This document shows positions 46,634 to 60,003 of a stretch of DNA of 64,000 nucleotides, in pieces. The stretch lies in assembly GCA_044892525.1 (NCBI GenBank), contig CM097885.1, forward strand, positions 29,886,001 to 29,950,000, written 5' to 3'. Made by a program: the position numbers and the translations under genes. How positions within the stretch are numbered: position 1 is the stretch's first letter; every line of letters begins with the position of its first letter. The notes beneath the pieces were generated by a model, which saw only the letters and a program-made list of their open reading frames with translations, was not told the origin of the DNA and did no database searches. This DNA comes from Schmidtea polychroa (lineage: Eukaryota).

Positions 46634-49600
46634 TTATATATTCAGGATCAGTATTAATTTAAGTTCTAAACATATAGGATTAAAAACTTGAGAATATAAA
46701 GGTTTCTCAATTCTCTCAGGATAAATGATTTCAACATTATAAATATCAAGATCAGTAATCTTTGTACCATATAACTGATTCAATCTATCAAGATTTTTTA
46801 TTATCGGTATTAAATTATTTCCTATAGGAAGAGTTGTCTTTAAATCACTTAGTATGAATATTTTGTCATCATAATTTGATAATGATACTTTTTGGGATTC
46901 TATCAAGTAAATATCATGCTTTTCACTTTTAAGTTGATGTATTTCATCAATTTTATCTTTATGATTTGGATTCAATGTATCTATATAATCTTGATGAGAA
47001 AGATTCTTTGCTACACATCTCTGAATTCCTTTACATCTGTTATCCTTTACAGGTTTTTCTCCCTGTCCGTCAGGTCCTTTAGGGAATATAGGATATCTAT
47101 GTGTAATGCTTTCTTCTGTTTCTGGGGTTTTAAATATAAATGTATGTTCTTCAAATTTAGGATTTGTAAATGTTTCATATGAATATTGTTTAGCACGAAT
47201 AAATATTCCATTTTCTATAGGAGTAAAAGGTTTTTCATCTTTAAACGAAAATAATTCTCCAGATGAATTTATTAAATTTGAAAGTATAGGATTTTCAGAG
47301 ATATCACTTTGTAAATCGTGAGTTCTTATTGCTAAAAACATTGAATCTGTATCCATTGCATGCATTGCTATATTCGATCCATATATAGGTTGTAAGATGT
47401 TATAATATGTTTCATACATTTGTAATTTTGAAAGTTCTAAAATTGCAAAGCCAATAAATATTGGTTTATTATATGTTTTCTCATAATTCTTTAGTTCTAC
47501 TGCAGTAAGACTTTCAGAAAATACTTGTGCGTTTTTAAATGTAGGCTTTCCTAGCATACGATTATAACGGGCTATATCTTTCGGGGTATTTGTTAGGAGT
47601 TCAATATGAGTATATTTATCAACATTCTCCATTGTCTTCCCAAAGACTGAATTGTTTAAAAGTTTATAATTATTGTCTTTTAAAAGGTTACCTTCTCTTT
47701 TTGCAATGTTTCGACACCTAATGTTCTCCTCGATAAAAGTCTTCATGAATGCTGCTTGTTTAAATCTTATGACACTATGAACTTTTTTTAATATCATTCC
47801 TTGTGAAAGATAAAACTGGAGGAGTCTATAGTGACAAAGATAATAAGTTCGATCTGTTTGATCACAAAGAAATTTCATTGTTGGAGGTTTATCTTGTGAG
47901 ATTTGCCAGAGTGAAAGTTCGTTGATATCAATCTTTCTTCTTATAGGAGCTAAAGGGAAATGTCTTGTTCTTGATTTTATATCATCTGGGTAGTCGAGGT
48001 CACATTCTACAAAGTATCCTATTGGAGAATCTTTAGGAGTTGAAAGTATTTCATTCATAAGAGTCTTTAAATATTCTTCTGGAGGGCATTCTATTTCTGG
48101 AAGTCCTTCAGAGGAGTATATTTCTTGAAAGTCACTCATTGGTAAATATTGAGTCATAATTCCTGAATATAAAGCTGTTGCATCTATATAAAGTATAAAT
48201 AGAAGATTTTTCATTCCTTCTAATACTTCTTTTAGTTCCTCATTGTTAAGTTTTATATATGGATCAGGGTGTTTAGAGATTCTTCGGCTAGTAGTTATTG
48301 CATTTCTAGCTTTTATTTCTCTATTCCCCATTACTGAAGATACTCCTCCTCTAATGTTTGTTTTAATTTGATTAAACATATCTTGGTCGGTTAAAAGATC
48401 TATAATTTTATCAGATTCTGGAAGATCTGAAGTCCAAATGGTATATAACATAGTATCCCAAGCTAAAGAAGGAGCTGTTATATAATTATAAGGTTTAAGA
48501 ACAAAAGACTTTGTAAATTCTTCAAAGCAATCTGCTAGAATATAAACATCTAGGGATAAGTACATACTTGTATATTCTCCTAAAGTTTTACAGTTGAAAA
48601 GATCCCACATTTTATTTGCTCGAGAATATTCTTGATTTGTAATATGAGATGTTTGAAGTTGGGAATAGAAATCTTCTTTCTCTGGTAATTTTGTTTCATT
48701 ATATTTTTCAAATGAATCAACATAGTCATAGGGATATATTCCTTTTGCTAAGCATGTAGGATATTCTTCTGGGGGGATATTATTTTTTTCCAAGAATTCT
48801 CGAGTGATTTTAAAATTTTCTGCTTTCATTGTTTTAGCTATTCCATCTAGAGACATTTGGAGAAAGTTTAACGAGTCTATAAATTTTAATTTTCCATATT
48901 CAACTGATTTATATTTTTCCTTTGTAAGTCCTATAACTTTGAAAGAGTTTTTAGCATTTTCTGCTAAATGTTTAATAAATAGATGTATGTCATAACCAAA
49001 AAGATTATGAAATATAACTGGTACAAATTTAGGAGTATGACAATTAAGATTACAATTTCTATGGGCTGCTCCTCGATAATTATTTTCCTTTTTTAAATGA
49101 TCGTGATCTATAACTTTATCATCAGGAAGAATGTCTTGTTTACACATCCAACAGTTGGAAGTATTTTCATATTCTTGTTGTTGTTGATTAGAAATTTTTT
49201 GAGGATACTTTGTTTTTAATATTTTAAATATTTCATGTTCTAGATCATTTATACGTTTAGTAAAATGATTTAAAACATCTTCTGAAGTTCCTTGAAATGC
49301 ATATTCTCTAGATTCTATGAGTTCAGGATAATTACTTTTAAATAATAATTTATAAGCAGATGGTAATTGTTTAGTTTTTTTAACACTATTAGGTTTATTT
49401 CTTTTTCTTAGAAAGGCTTTCATCCTCTCTGGTTTCATCTTCTGTTTAGAGGCTTTCCATTCATCCATGAGTTTATATTTTTCTATTATTTTTAAATATT
49501 GCATAATTATATCTTGTTTACGATTTATAGATTCAAAGTCTCCATAGACAACTCCTAATGTTTGTAATAAATTTGAAAAGTTTTTAAAATACATCCTGGG

Positions 49601-50881
49601 ATCTGTAGGCATTCTAATTAAAGCTGGATCAACTTTTTCACAAAATCTTGCATGTTTAATCATAGAGTTTTTAGTTGTTGAATAATGAAGACATCTTTTA
49701 CATGTTCCTCCTCCACTAGTTGGATTCTCTGCTGATGTAAAAGCTTGAAAGTCTTTTATTAAAACATAATGTTGATTATTTCCTTCTTCCAAGATTAAAA
49801 GATATATCTCCTTCGTGCTATCACTATCAGAAATATAAATTGGAATAATATCTTTCCTTCCATGTCCACATCCTTTAACATGTTCATAAATATTAAGTTT
49901 AAGATTATTTAGTTTTTCAAATTCTGGAATGTCTTCTAGTTTCATTGGGTGTGTGAATCCCTTGGGAAATATTAATTCATTTTCATATTGTTTGTATTTT
50001 GAAACTCTTTGAGGGTTTTCAGCTTGAGGATGTAAATATGCAAGTATTGACCACATGAAACATTTGTTATCCTTATTCTGTACATTTATAACAACCCTAG
50101 ATCTAAAGGGTGTTTGAATATAAGATTTAGGATTAGGTGGTAATCCTCTCCAATAATCAATCACTAAAGTTTGGAAAGAGTTGAATACTAAGTTTGAATC
50201 TCCTAATTCATTTTCAACCTCTTCTTGTTTTGCTTCTACTGCTTGAATTATTTCTTTGATGCTTTTATTAAATCCTCTAGTTGAAAATAAATATTTAAAA
50301 GGTATTCCAATTTCAACATCTAAAGGAGTTGTCTTTTCTTCTGGTCCTCTCCAATATTTTGCTTTGATTGTAATTTTATATTTTATAACATTATACCTTG
50401 TTGGTTTATAATTTTTTAAAGCTTCAGTGAAAGAATTTTTAATATTTTTTTTATTTCTCCTTATATATTCTCCAGGGGTTGCAGGTCCATTAATTTTTAA
50501 TTGAAATTCATCTATATGATTAAAATCATCCCAGTTGTATTTTTCTCTTTCAACATGATCAGGTTCTCCTTCTGAATGACATTCTTCAACGTCAGAATTT
50601 TGTTTTTTATTTTTACATTCTTTTAAATGTCTTAAATAATAGAAATTTAGTTTTGTTGAAAAGTTACAATGAGGACATGTAAATATTTCTCTATTTTTCC
50701 CGATACAATTTTCAAAATGTTTATTATATCCAGAATGTAGAAATCTTCCTTTACATTTAGTACAAAGTTTTGAATTTGTATCATTAAGATTATTTTCTTT
50801 TAATAAATGAGCTTTCGATTTTAAGTGAGAAATTAATCCAGTTTTATTTTTAAAAACTTTATTGCAAATATTACAATTCAT
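46634..50881 (-). CDS. Protein-primed family B DNA polymerase with N-terminal zinc fingers and an endonuclease-VII-like insert
   Basis: GDFES, FHNLFGYD, KGIYPY, YIDATALY, KLLNNSVFGK, DTDS, KGI; insert CWMC…DHDH…YRGAAHRNCN. Confidence 0.95.
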   Translation of the reverse strand: MNCNICNKVFKNKTGLISHLKSKAHLLKENNLNDTNSKLCTKCKGRFLHSGYNKHFENCIGKNREIFTCPHCNFSTKLNFYYLRHLKECKNKKQNSDVEECHSEGEPDHVEREKYNWDDFNHIDEFQLKINGPATPGEYIRRNKKNIKNSFTEALKNYKPTRYNVIKYKITIKAKYWRGPEEKTTPLDVEIGIPFKYLFSTRGFNKSIKEIIQAVEAKQEEVENELGDSNLVFNSFQTLVIDYWRGLPPNPKSYIQTPFRSRVVINVQNKDNKCFMWSILAYLHPQAENPQRVSKYKQYENELIFPKGFTHPMKLEDIPEFEKLNNLKLNIYEHVKGCGHGRKDIIPIYISDSDSTKEIYLLILEEGNNQHYVLIKDFQAFTSAENPTSGGGTCKRCLHYSTTKNSMIKHARFCEKVDPALIRMPTDPRMYFKNFSNLLQTLGVVYGDFESINRKQDIIMQYLKIIEKYKLMDEWKASKQKMKPERMKAFLRKRNKPNSVKKTKQLPSAYKLLFKSNYPELIESREYAFQGTSEDVLNHFTKRINDLEHEIFKILKTKYPQKISNQQQQEYENTSNCWMCKQDILPDDKVIDHDHLKKENNYRGAAHRNCNLNCHTPKFVPVIFHNLFGYDIHLFIKHLAENAKNSFKVIGLTKEKYKSVEYGKLKFIDSLNFLQMSLDGIAKTMKAENFKITREFLEKNNIPPEEYPTCLAKGIYPYDYVDSFEKYNETKLPEKEDFYSQLQTSHITNQEYSRANKMWDLFNCKTLGEYTSMYLSLDVYILADCFEEFTKSFVLKPYNYITAPSLAWDTMLYTIWTSDLPESDKIIDLLTDQDMFNQIKTNIRGGVSSVMGNREIKARNAITTSRRISKHPDPYIKLNNEELKEVLEGMKNLLFILYIDATALYSGIMTQYLPMSDFQEIYSSEGLPEIECPPEEYLKTLMNEILSTPKDSPIGYFVECDLDYPDDIKSRTRHFPLAPIRRKIDINELSLWQISQDKPPTMKFLCDQTDRTYYLCHYRLLQFYLSQGMILKKVHSVIRFKQAAFMKTFIEENIRCRNIAKREGNLLKDNNYKLLNNSVFGKTMENVDKYTHIELLTNTPKDIARYNRMLGKPTFKNAQVFSESLTAVELKNYEKTYNKPIFIGFAILELSKLQMYETYYNILQPIYGSNIAMHAMDTDSMFLAIRTHDLQSDISENPILSNLINSSGELFSFKDEKPFTPIENGIFIRAKQYSYETFTNPKFEEHTFIFKTPETEESITHRYPIFPKGPDGQGEKPVKDNRCKGIQRCVAKNLSHQDYIDTLNPNHKDKIDEIHQLKSEKHDIYLIESQKVSLSNYDDKIFILSDLKTTLPIGNNLIPIIKNLDRLNQLYGTKITDLDIYNVEIIYPERIEKPLYSQVFNPICLELKLILILNI

Positions 50882-51039
50882 TTTTAGAAAAAATTTTTTT
50901 TCTGGATACGTTGTTTTTAAATTTTAAATTTTTATATATTTATTTTTATTTTTATTTTTATTTTTTTTTATTTTTATTTTTTTTATTTTTTTATTTTTAT
51001 TTTTATTTTTTTTTTATTTTTTTTATATTTATATTCTAG

Positions 51040-51190
51040 CAGCTTGCCAAGCTATCGACCTGCCAAGCTGTCGACTTACCAAGCTGTCGACTTGCCAAGA
51101 CCGCAGCGATTGCATCATCGACTTGACAAACTATCGACTTGATAAACTGGCGACTTGATAAACTGGCGACTTGATAAACTGGCGACCTGC
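51040..51190. repeat. Subterminal 16-17-bp tandem repeats (CTTGCCAAGCTGTCGA / CTTGATAAACTGGCGA)
   Basis: About eight units next to the right TIR. Confidence 0.85.
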
Positions 51191-51191
51191 A

Positions 51192-51497
51192 AGTAGTGTG
51201 TATCTATCCCTAACGACCGCAAGCCGACAAACGTTTTTCATAGTTTTATCAGTATTTTTTTCCCTGTTTTATTAACATTTTGTGTTGTTTTTTTAATATT
51301 TTTGTTGTTTTTTAAGTTTTTATTTTGAAAGCAAAATGTCTTCGGAATAAAGAAATTAAAAGATATAGGTTTTTAAGGTTTTAAGTGTTTTTCTTTACGT
51401 TTATGGGGGAAAAATAGGTATAAAACGGGAAAAAATAGGTATAAAACATGAAAACAGTTGGGAGGCTTGTGGTCGTTAGGGATAGATACACACTACT
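51192..51497 (-). repeat. Right TIR
   Basis: Ends …GGTCGTTAGGGATAGATACACACTACT. Confidence 0.93.
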
Positions 51498-51503
51498 TTC
51501 AAC

Positions 51504-52525
51504 AAAAAGAAATATATTTGCGGAATCATTGACCACTATAGTAAATACATCTCATTAACGGCCATAAACAAGCAAGACGAAAAAACAATTAGTGAGACGT
51601 TATTAAATAAATGGATATTAAAGTTTGGAGCTCCAAAAGAACTTCATGTAGATTGTGGGAAGAACTTTGAAGCAAGAAGTATAAAAGAACTAGCAAAGGC
51701 AGCTGGCATTGAATTAATTTTCTCAAGCCCATATCACCATAACACGAATGGTATTATTTAAAGACAATTCAGAACAATCAGAGAGTATATTAACGCGTCA
51801 TTGAATGAAGGAGGAAGGAAAAACTGGGCTGATATAGTGCCAGAAATAGAATATACGTTAAATGCAACAGTTCAAAAAACAACGGGAGTAAGCCCAGCAG
51901 AGATTATATTTGGGAGGAAAATCGACAGAATGAAATGGTACTCGAATAAAGAAATAAATAGAGAAGATATGGAAAAAAGAATAGAGGATAAAACACTAAA
52001 ACCAAAAATAAGCAAAACAGTGAGAGATTTTGAAATGGAAGATGTGGTCTTGATAAAACAAGAAATTCGAAATAAAGACGATGCAAGGTGGGAAAGGCCG
52101 TACAAAGTGAAAAAGAAAATACATGAACGGAGCTACTTACTTAAAGATCAAAATGGGAAGATGGTAGTCAGAAATGTTGAGAAGATCAAACATTTTAAAA
52201 AAGGGGGATGTGAGGAGTTAAAATTAAAATACTAAATTAAATTAGTTCATGATTAAAATTTGTAAAATTTAAATTGAAACTTAAATTATTTTAAGATATT
52301 AAAATTGAAATGATAATTGAAATTTTAAAATAAAATAATTTTTAATAAAATTGAAATTCAAGTATGAATGCGATGGTATGTTGATATTTGGTTGAAATTA
52401 AAATTTAGAAAATGTCCCAAGAATATTTGTTTATATAATCAGATTTAATGAAATATAATTTTGGATTTAATAGTCTTAGTTATTTATTTTGATGACCGAA
52501 GAATTAAATGTTATAGCTTCTAACA
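51504..52525 (+). mobile_element. Gypsy-like integrase C-part (one internal stop), polypurine tract and probable 3' LTR (52209-52525)
   Basis: IIDHYSKY, FGAPKELHVDCG, SSPYHHNTNG, TTGVSPAEIIFGR; AAAAAAGGGGGA followed by TGT…ACA. Confidence 0.85.
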
Positions 52526-55500
52526 AGTTATATAAATAAATTTTTTTAATTTAACTAATTCAATGAAAAAGTATTTTAAAACAATGAAAATTTCGACATT
52601 CAGAACAATTCAGAACCTCGTCCAAATGAAATTGGAAAAAGCCCTAAATAACTTTCCACCAGCATCCAAGGTGAAAAACAACGATAACTAAATGTCAATA
52701 ATTAGTAAAATAAATAATTTACAGTTTAATCAATAACTTATATATAATTAAAAATAAATAAAAAAATTAAAAAAATTAAATCATTAAATTATATTATATT
52801 TCTGATTATTCTTGAATGAAGAGTTTGAACTTTTTGAATTCTATGATTGTTGAGTTCTCAGTTTCTGGTTGTTTGGTAGTTGAAATCTCTCTGTCTTTGG
52901 CGGCCAATGCGTTCATATTTTCTTTTGAAATTTTGTTTTCGGTATTTCATATCTGGGAAAGGTTGGCAGAGGTTTTTATTATTTTCTTTATGTTCTTTGA
53001 GGTTTTATATGAAATATATTTATCATTTATTTGTTCTTTGATAAAATTTTATAATTTTTGATAAAATTCGATTTCAAAGGTTTATTTTCGTCAAAATATT
53101 TTGTTATTAAAATTTTATCACTTCATAATAAAATTTTATTGTTTTTGTAACGACTCCTGACAATTTTATCAAAATCAAATGAAAATTTATTATTTCCATC
53201 TGTAACTTTAAAATTATTATCAAATATAAGCAATTTTTAGTAAAACATCAATGAAAAATCAAAATTCAGAACAATTCAGAACCTCGTCCAAATAAAATTG
53301 GAAAAACCCCTTGTAAACCTTCCACCAGTATCCAAGATAAAGTACAACAAAAACGAAATGCCAAATAATAGTAAAATAATCAATTAACAGTTTAATATAT
53401 ATATATATATATTTCATTTCTTATTCCTTGTGATCTCCAATGCTTCGAATTGAAACAGTTTTTTTTGTATGTCTTGTGATGACGTTTAGATAAAAACGTT
53501 CATTTCTTGGAATCTGGATGTTAGTGGGCTGATAATATCTGGTTGGTAATTGGTTGTTATTATCTAGTTATTATCTAGTTATATTCGATAACTAACAGCT
53601 TCTACAAAATCCAAAGAATCTACTAGGTCATCCAGGAAGACTAATCCGAGAAATTGATAACGTCTTTAGTCTTTTATCAAAAGGTGAATGCATTTTAAAT
53701 TAGGACAGGATATGTTATCAGATTACACAAAAATCCATCATAATTTAATATCAAATAAAATAAGTAGATTATTTAACAAAATTAAATTATTTTTAGATAT
53801 AGAAATACCAATCGAAACAAGAAGAAAATATGTCGTTTGAATTATGTTTTGAGTATGATTTAATTATTTGAGATTCAATAATAATAAAAATTAAGATTTA
53901 ATTAATTGTTGAAATATTAAATTTATCACAGAAAATATCTCGATGTTAGAGGATATGGGTCTTTTATTAGAAAGTTACTTTATTAATAAAAATAATTTAA
54001 AATATACAAAAAACAAATAAAATATAAATATATCTATTGCCTAAGATAAATATCTCAAAATTAGAGTATATGGGTCTTTTATTAGAAAGTTAATTTATTA
54101 TTAAAAATAATTTAAAATATACAAAAATCAAATAAAATATAAAAATATCTATTGGCTAAGATAAACATTTTTAGAAATTAAAATGTAACCAATAATTATT
54201 TAAAATTGAAAGTTCAAATATTGAATTAAAAAAATTTTTTTTTGGCAGAATGGGTTTATTTAATTATAGTTGAATTATTTGTATTTTTTTAAAGTTAAAA
54301 ATGTAAGTGTGTATGTAAGTCATAAATATCATAAGAAAATTTAAATGATAAAAATTAATTTATTATTAAAAATATTTGAAAATATACAAAAAACAAATCA
54401 AATTTAAAAATATCAATAAAAATATTTAGAAATAAAAGTTAAAACAATTTTTAAAATTTAATATTTTTTTAAAAATGGAAGGTCAAATATCGAATTTAAA
54501 AATATTTTATTCCAAATTTAGAAAAAACATTTAATTATAATAATAATATTGAAATTTTAGATCAAGTTGATATTAAAAAATTAGAATGTTACAATTATAT
54601 TTATGAAAAATATATCTAAAATATCAAACTTTAAAGAAAATTATATCAGAATATGATTTTAAAGATAAAAAATATATTAAAATTTCAAAAATATTTTAAC
54701 AAAAAATATTGAAGTACCAACATATTTATAATAACTCTAACAGTTATATAAATAAATTTTTTTAGTTTAACTAATTCAATGAAAAAGAATTTTCAAACAA
54801 TGAAAAATTGGAAATTCAGAACCTCGTCCAAATAAAATTGGAAAAAGCCCTAAATAACTTTCCACCAGCATCCAAGATGAAAAACAACGATAACTAAATG
54901 CCAATTAATAGTAAAATAATTAATTAACAGTTTAATCAATAACTTATATATAATTAAAAATAAATAAAAAAATTAAATAAATTAAATCATTAAATTATAT
55001 TATATTTCTGATTATTCTTGAATGAAGAGTTTGAACTTTTTGAATTCTATGATTGTTGAGTTCTCAGTTTCTGGTTGTTTGGTAGTTGAAATCTCTCTGT
55101 CTTTGGCGGCCAATGCGTTCATATTTTCTTTTGAAATTTTGTTTTCGGTATTTCATATCTGGGAAAGGTTGGCAGAGGTTTTTATTATTTTCTTTATGTT
55201 CTTTGAGGTTTTATATGAAATATATTTATCATTTATTTGTTCTTTGATAAAATTTTATGATTTGGTAATCACTGTCATTGAGGAGCCTACAGATTTCACA
55301 AGAGACTTAGACGCTGTAGAGCTGTCAAATCCAATAGAACTCACAACTATCGAGCAACCATGTAGAAGCATGGAAAATAATGAGACCGCAATCTCTACAG
55401 TAAACAACAAAAATATAGAAATTGACGGAACAAGTCGGGGAATAATAATAAACCCCATTGCACCTGTACTCAAAGAAAATATATCAAATAACGAAACAAG

Positions 55501-56359
55501 AAGGCAATCAAGACAAGATAAAAATATCAGATCCAAGAGTCAGAAGAAAAAAAGACAAATAAATGACTCCGATAGCCATAGATACCACAAAACAAAACAA
55601 AAAAATACGTACCGGTGGAGGACCATCAACGGCAAATACTCTAAAAATTCATCAAAAACCAAACATGAAGATCAACTGTGATCTGAAAATTCAGTTTATA
55701 TGCAACAAAAAAGTACACCTATTCTACAGATATTAATGCTGCTAAACAGTATGAAGAGTCGCATCCACCTGTTGAGAGGCAGATGGTGGAATGTGAACAA
55801 TGCAACACAACCATCACACTCAAAGAGGCAATAGAGCACATAAAAGTACATAAAGAGAATAGAGCCAGAGAAAGAAGCGAACAGCAGCCCGCCGCCAAGC
55901 CAACAAAGGAAGACATCCCTACGGAGATCAGCTGACTATCACAGACAGCAATCGAATATTACATGGATTTTCTATCAGGTAATAAAGCTACTACCCAGAT
56001 CATTAAACTTGAGAAAAATCATTCCATACATAAGAAGATCACCAATCAATACTGAAATTCCGATACCTTCCGGGAACATCATCCCTATAACACCGGAATC
56101 TCAACCAATCGAAACAAACAGAAAGAGAAGAAAGGCCGTCTCAACGAGTGATGAAGAACAAAATCTACCAAAAAAGACAAATATTCATAAAGATCAATCC
56201 CTATTCGATCAAGCGGAAAAACTGATTGAAGGAGGACCTAGTCAGGCTATTACAAATGATGATGAAAATTTCCAGATTCACATTACAAATATTTTATATT
56301 CCAAATCGACTACAATTGCAAATGAAAAAATCCTTGGAAAATCAGAGAACAATTTCCAG

Positions 56360-59300
56360 ATGAGTAGCAGTGCGGGGTCCTCCGTGGAAACTCGTTCTCC
56401 TGCGGAGAACATTCAGAATGTTGACATGGACTCAACCCAACAACCAAATGAAAATGATGATGGATTCGAATATACCAGGAAACAAAAAAGGGCTATGAGA
56501 TCATACTATGCCAAAACGCTCAAGACCAATATTGATAACATCGAAATACCTGAAATATCATCAAAAGCAAAGTCAGCAAAAAATTTCGTAAATAAAATCA
56601 ACAAAAAACTAGATTCAAAAGAGAAATGGCAAAGAGACCCTTACTAACAAAAAAACGCTTATGAAAACCTGACAAAAACTGAAATATCTCAGAATGATTT
56701 CTCGAACATTCGAAGAGTTTTCATGGTTAATAATCTATTTGAGTATGAATCTGAACAGGATCATGCAATTGCAGCAGCCCTCTCACAAAGTATTCTGCGA
56801 AAATCATCAGAAAACTTGAAGAACATCAACTGGAAAAATATAAGCAATTATTTCACGGTGCTGGATACATGGCTCAAAAAACTTAAACATAACCCAAGGA
56901 TACCAGAATTAAGAAAGGAAGATGGAAATCTTCTAGATCTCATTGAAGGAACTCTAAAAACTTACCAATTCAAAACTCCATCGGATCAACACAATGCCAT
57001 AACGTTTTTCAACTTTCTGGTTAGGAGAACTATCGTTGGAGTACCAAGAACACTAAACCTAAGAAAAATAATACCATATATAAGAAAATCAACCAACACT
57101 GAAATCCAGACTTGCTCTGAGAATATCAACTCTACAACACCGAACTCAATACCTGTAGATTCAAACAGAAAGAGAAGAAAAGCAATCTCAACAAGTGATG
57201 AAGAGCAAAATCTTCCAAAAAAGACTAATAAAGAGCAATCTATATTCGACCAACCGGAAAAATTGATTGGAGGAGGTCCAAATGACACCATCACCAATGA
57301 TGATGAGAACTTCCAGATCCATATTACAAATGAACTAACCTACAAATGTGTTCTGATTGGATTCCAATCCAAATCTGAATCACTAGCCGGGATTAAACAG
57401 CATGTATCAAGAACCCATAAAATCAAGACAACACATGCTAAATGCCATCAATGCCCAAACAATATTCAACAGCATGAAATTGACGAACATGTCAAATATC
57501 ATAGAGAATTGACAAATAAATATAAAGATGCCTAAATGGATGTCATAATTCCAACAAAAAATGACATTCCTTCAAACATCGCATGACTATCACAGTCAGC
57601 TATCGAGGCTCAAATAAGATCCATGATAAAAAAGCCCAATAACAAAGATAGCATAATTTGTTACCTAAATCCCCAATGTGCTAATGAACTAATATCAAAC
57701 AACAGGACTGGCCTCTTTAAAAAGTTAAAAATGGATGCCCTTGTTGGATGGGAGCTTACTATTTGGCTAATCCATTGGAATAAAAATCATTGGACTGTAT
57801 ACCTTGCAGAAAGGAAAAACAAAACATCAGTGATTATGGACCCTGACAATCAAATGTCTCAAGAACTTAAAATTTCCATCAAAAAGAAAATGGATGATAT
57901 ACTGAGAATAACTTCCTCCGATCAAGACAATGAAATGCAATTAATGAACAAAAATCTAAAACCACAGAGAAAACATAAATAGAAAGGTTACACAATTACC
58001 AAATGCTCCTACCAGATACAGAGAATATTCATGGTGGCACCTGGTAGGGCAGTCAAAGAGATAGACAAAATCCTGGCACCAGCTACTGATCTTACAACAG
58101 CAGTAATGGACCAATACTTCGAAAGATCCACCCCTTCTAAAATGAGAGAAAAACCAGCACCCATTAAAAGTGCTCCAGAATGGGAAACAAATAAACCAAT
58201 AACCAGGGCAGACATCGATGAAGCAATAAGAAACAGCAAAGATGCTGCACCTGGTATGGACCAAATCCCACTTCGACAATGGAGGGAGTGGATGGCATTT
58301 GATCCACTAACACCAATCTTCAACAAAATCCTGGAGACGCATCAAATTCCCGAAGTATGGAGAAAATATTCAACAAAACTAATAATAAAGCCAGGGAAAG
58401 GTAACCAACCGGAGAACCCATCAAATTGGAGACCTATAGCCGTTATGCCAACAAGCTATAGGATCTTCATGAAAGTATTAAATCAAAGAGTATTGAAATG
58501 GGTACACCAAAACAAGTTAATCTCCGGTTGGCAGAAAGCTGTAAACAGAGCGAATGGCTGCGATGAACATAGCTATATCATACAAGTTCAGAGGGAAAAA
58601 TGCAATAGAGCCAGATACAAAAACCAGCAGTGCCACCTGGTATTCCTCGACCTTGCAGATGCTTTCGGAAGCGTCCCTTATGAAGTAATTTGGCACACAC
58701 TGCAAAAGATGGGTATGAACAAAAGCACCATCCATCTGCTGCAGGAGTGCTATAGGGACTGCTTCACCATTTACGAAAGTGGAACTACAAAATCTAGCGA
58801 AATAAAGCAGACCAAAGGAGTAAAGCAGGGATGCCCCCTGTCTATGACTCTTTTCAGTCTGTGTATAGAATACCTTATACAAACAGCGATAGACTGCCAC
58901 AGAGGTGTAAACATAGCGGGGGAAAACATCAGCATCCTTGCTTATGCTGATGACCTAGTGTTAATGGCTCCTCAACACCACCAAATGCAAGAAATGTTAA
59001 ACATAGTAGTTGAGAAAGCCAAATTAGCTGGGCTCGCATTCAAGCCTGAAAAATGTGGCTACTACAGAAACAAAAATGATGACTTGGGATGGCAAAACAT
59101 CATCACCATAAACGGCCAGAATATCAGACACATAAATGAAGATAACCTATACACTTACCTGGGAGTAAGGGTTGGGCAAAAAAAGAAGTGCGACTTGGGC
59201 GAAGTCTTCAAAGAGGTCGAGTCAAAAGCCACCAACATATTCAACTCCCTCCTAAGAGCCCACCAGAAGATCGAGGCCTACAACACGTTTTGCCATTCCA

Positions 59301-60003
59301 AGTTCATATTCCCATTACAAGCAGAGGAAATATCGAAAACCCATTCAGACAAATTCGATGATACAATAAGAAAAATGATAAAAGACAAGAACGTCCTTGA
59401 TCTGCCAAATAAAAGCCCTCTTATGGACGCTGTCATCTATTCGCCAAAAGAGAGGGGAGGGCTTGGAATCACAAAAGTTAGTGACGAATATCTAATCCAA
59501 GCCCTCAACAGATTCATAAAACTCATGAACAGCGGCCACCTCCCCATTGTCAAAATCTTGAGAGAAGAGCTAATATATGTCGCACAAACAAGAACAGAAG
59601 TGGATATCCAGAACATCAGAGATGCCTGCAAGTGGTTGGAAGGAAGCTACGAGCACAAAAGTCAGAAAAATGCAAAGAAGTCGTGGCTGGACAAAACAAG
59701 AGAATCAATTAAAGCCCTAAAGACAACCCAGGGAATCGAGATAACATTCATTTATAAAGTAGACTCCGTGGGTTGCTCAATAAAATGTAGCACAGACAAT
59801 AAGCCAGATTGGATCCTACCTCCAAACTTAGATGATATATCAAAAACCCTCCACTGGATGATAAAGGACGCATATTTCAAAATATGGTTGGCTGTAAAAT
59901 GCCAAGGTTATATTATAAGTCTTCCGACATCCGACGAAATGGAATGGAAAATGCCCCGGGTCCTTAAAGACCCAGAATGGAAATTCATTATAAAGGTCCG
60001 GGC
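56360..60003 (+). mobile_element. Second copy of the E/D element, truncated before CCHC/endonuclease
   Basis: Near identical to 32680-36322. Confidence 0.9.

Larger units (their letters stand above)
37334..51497. mobile_element. Complete Polinton/Maverick (family 2), 14,164 bp, 6-bp TSD TTCAAC (37328-37333 and 51498-51503)
   Basis: AGTAGT…ACTACT termini, ~280-305-bp TIRs, and genes for pPolB, integrase, ATPase, protease, and major and minor capsid proteins. Confidence 0.97.

Noticed and set aside
53400..53820. Hammerhead ribozyme or other element in this unassigned segment
   Set aside because: No complete CUGANGA…GAAA core with stems found by eye; left unassigned.
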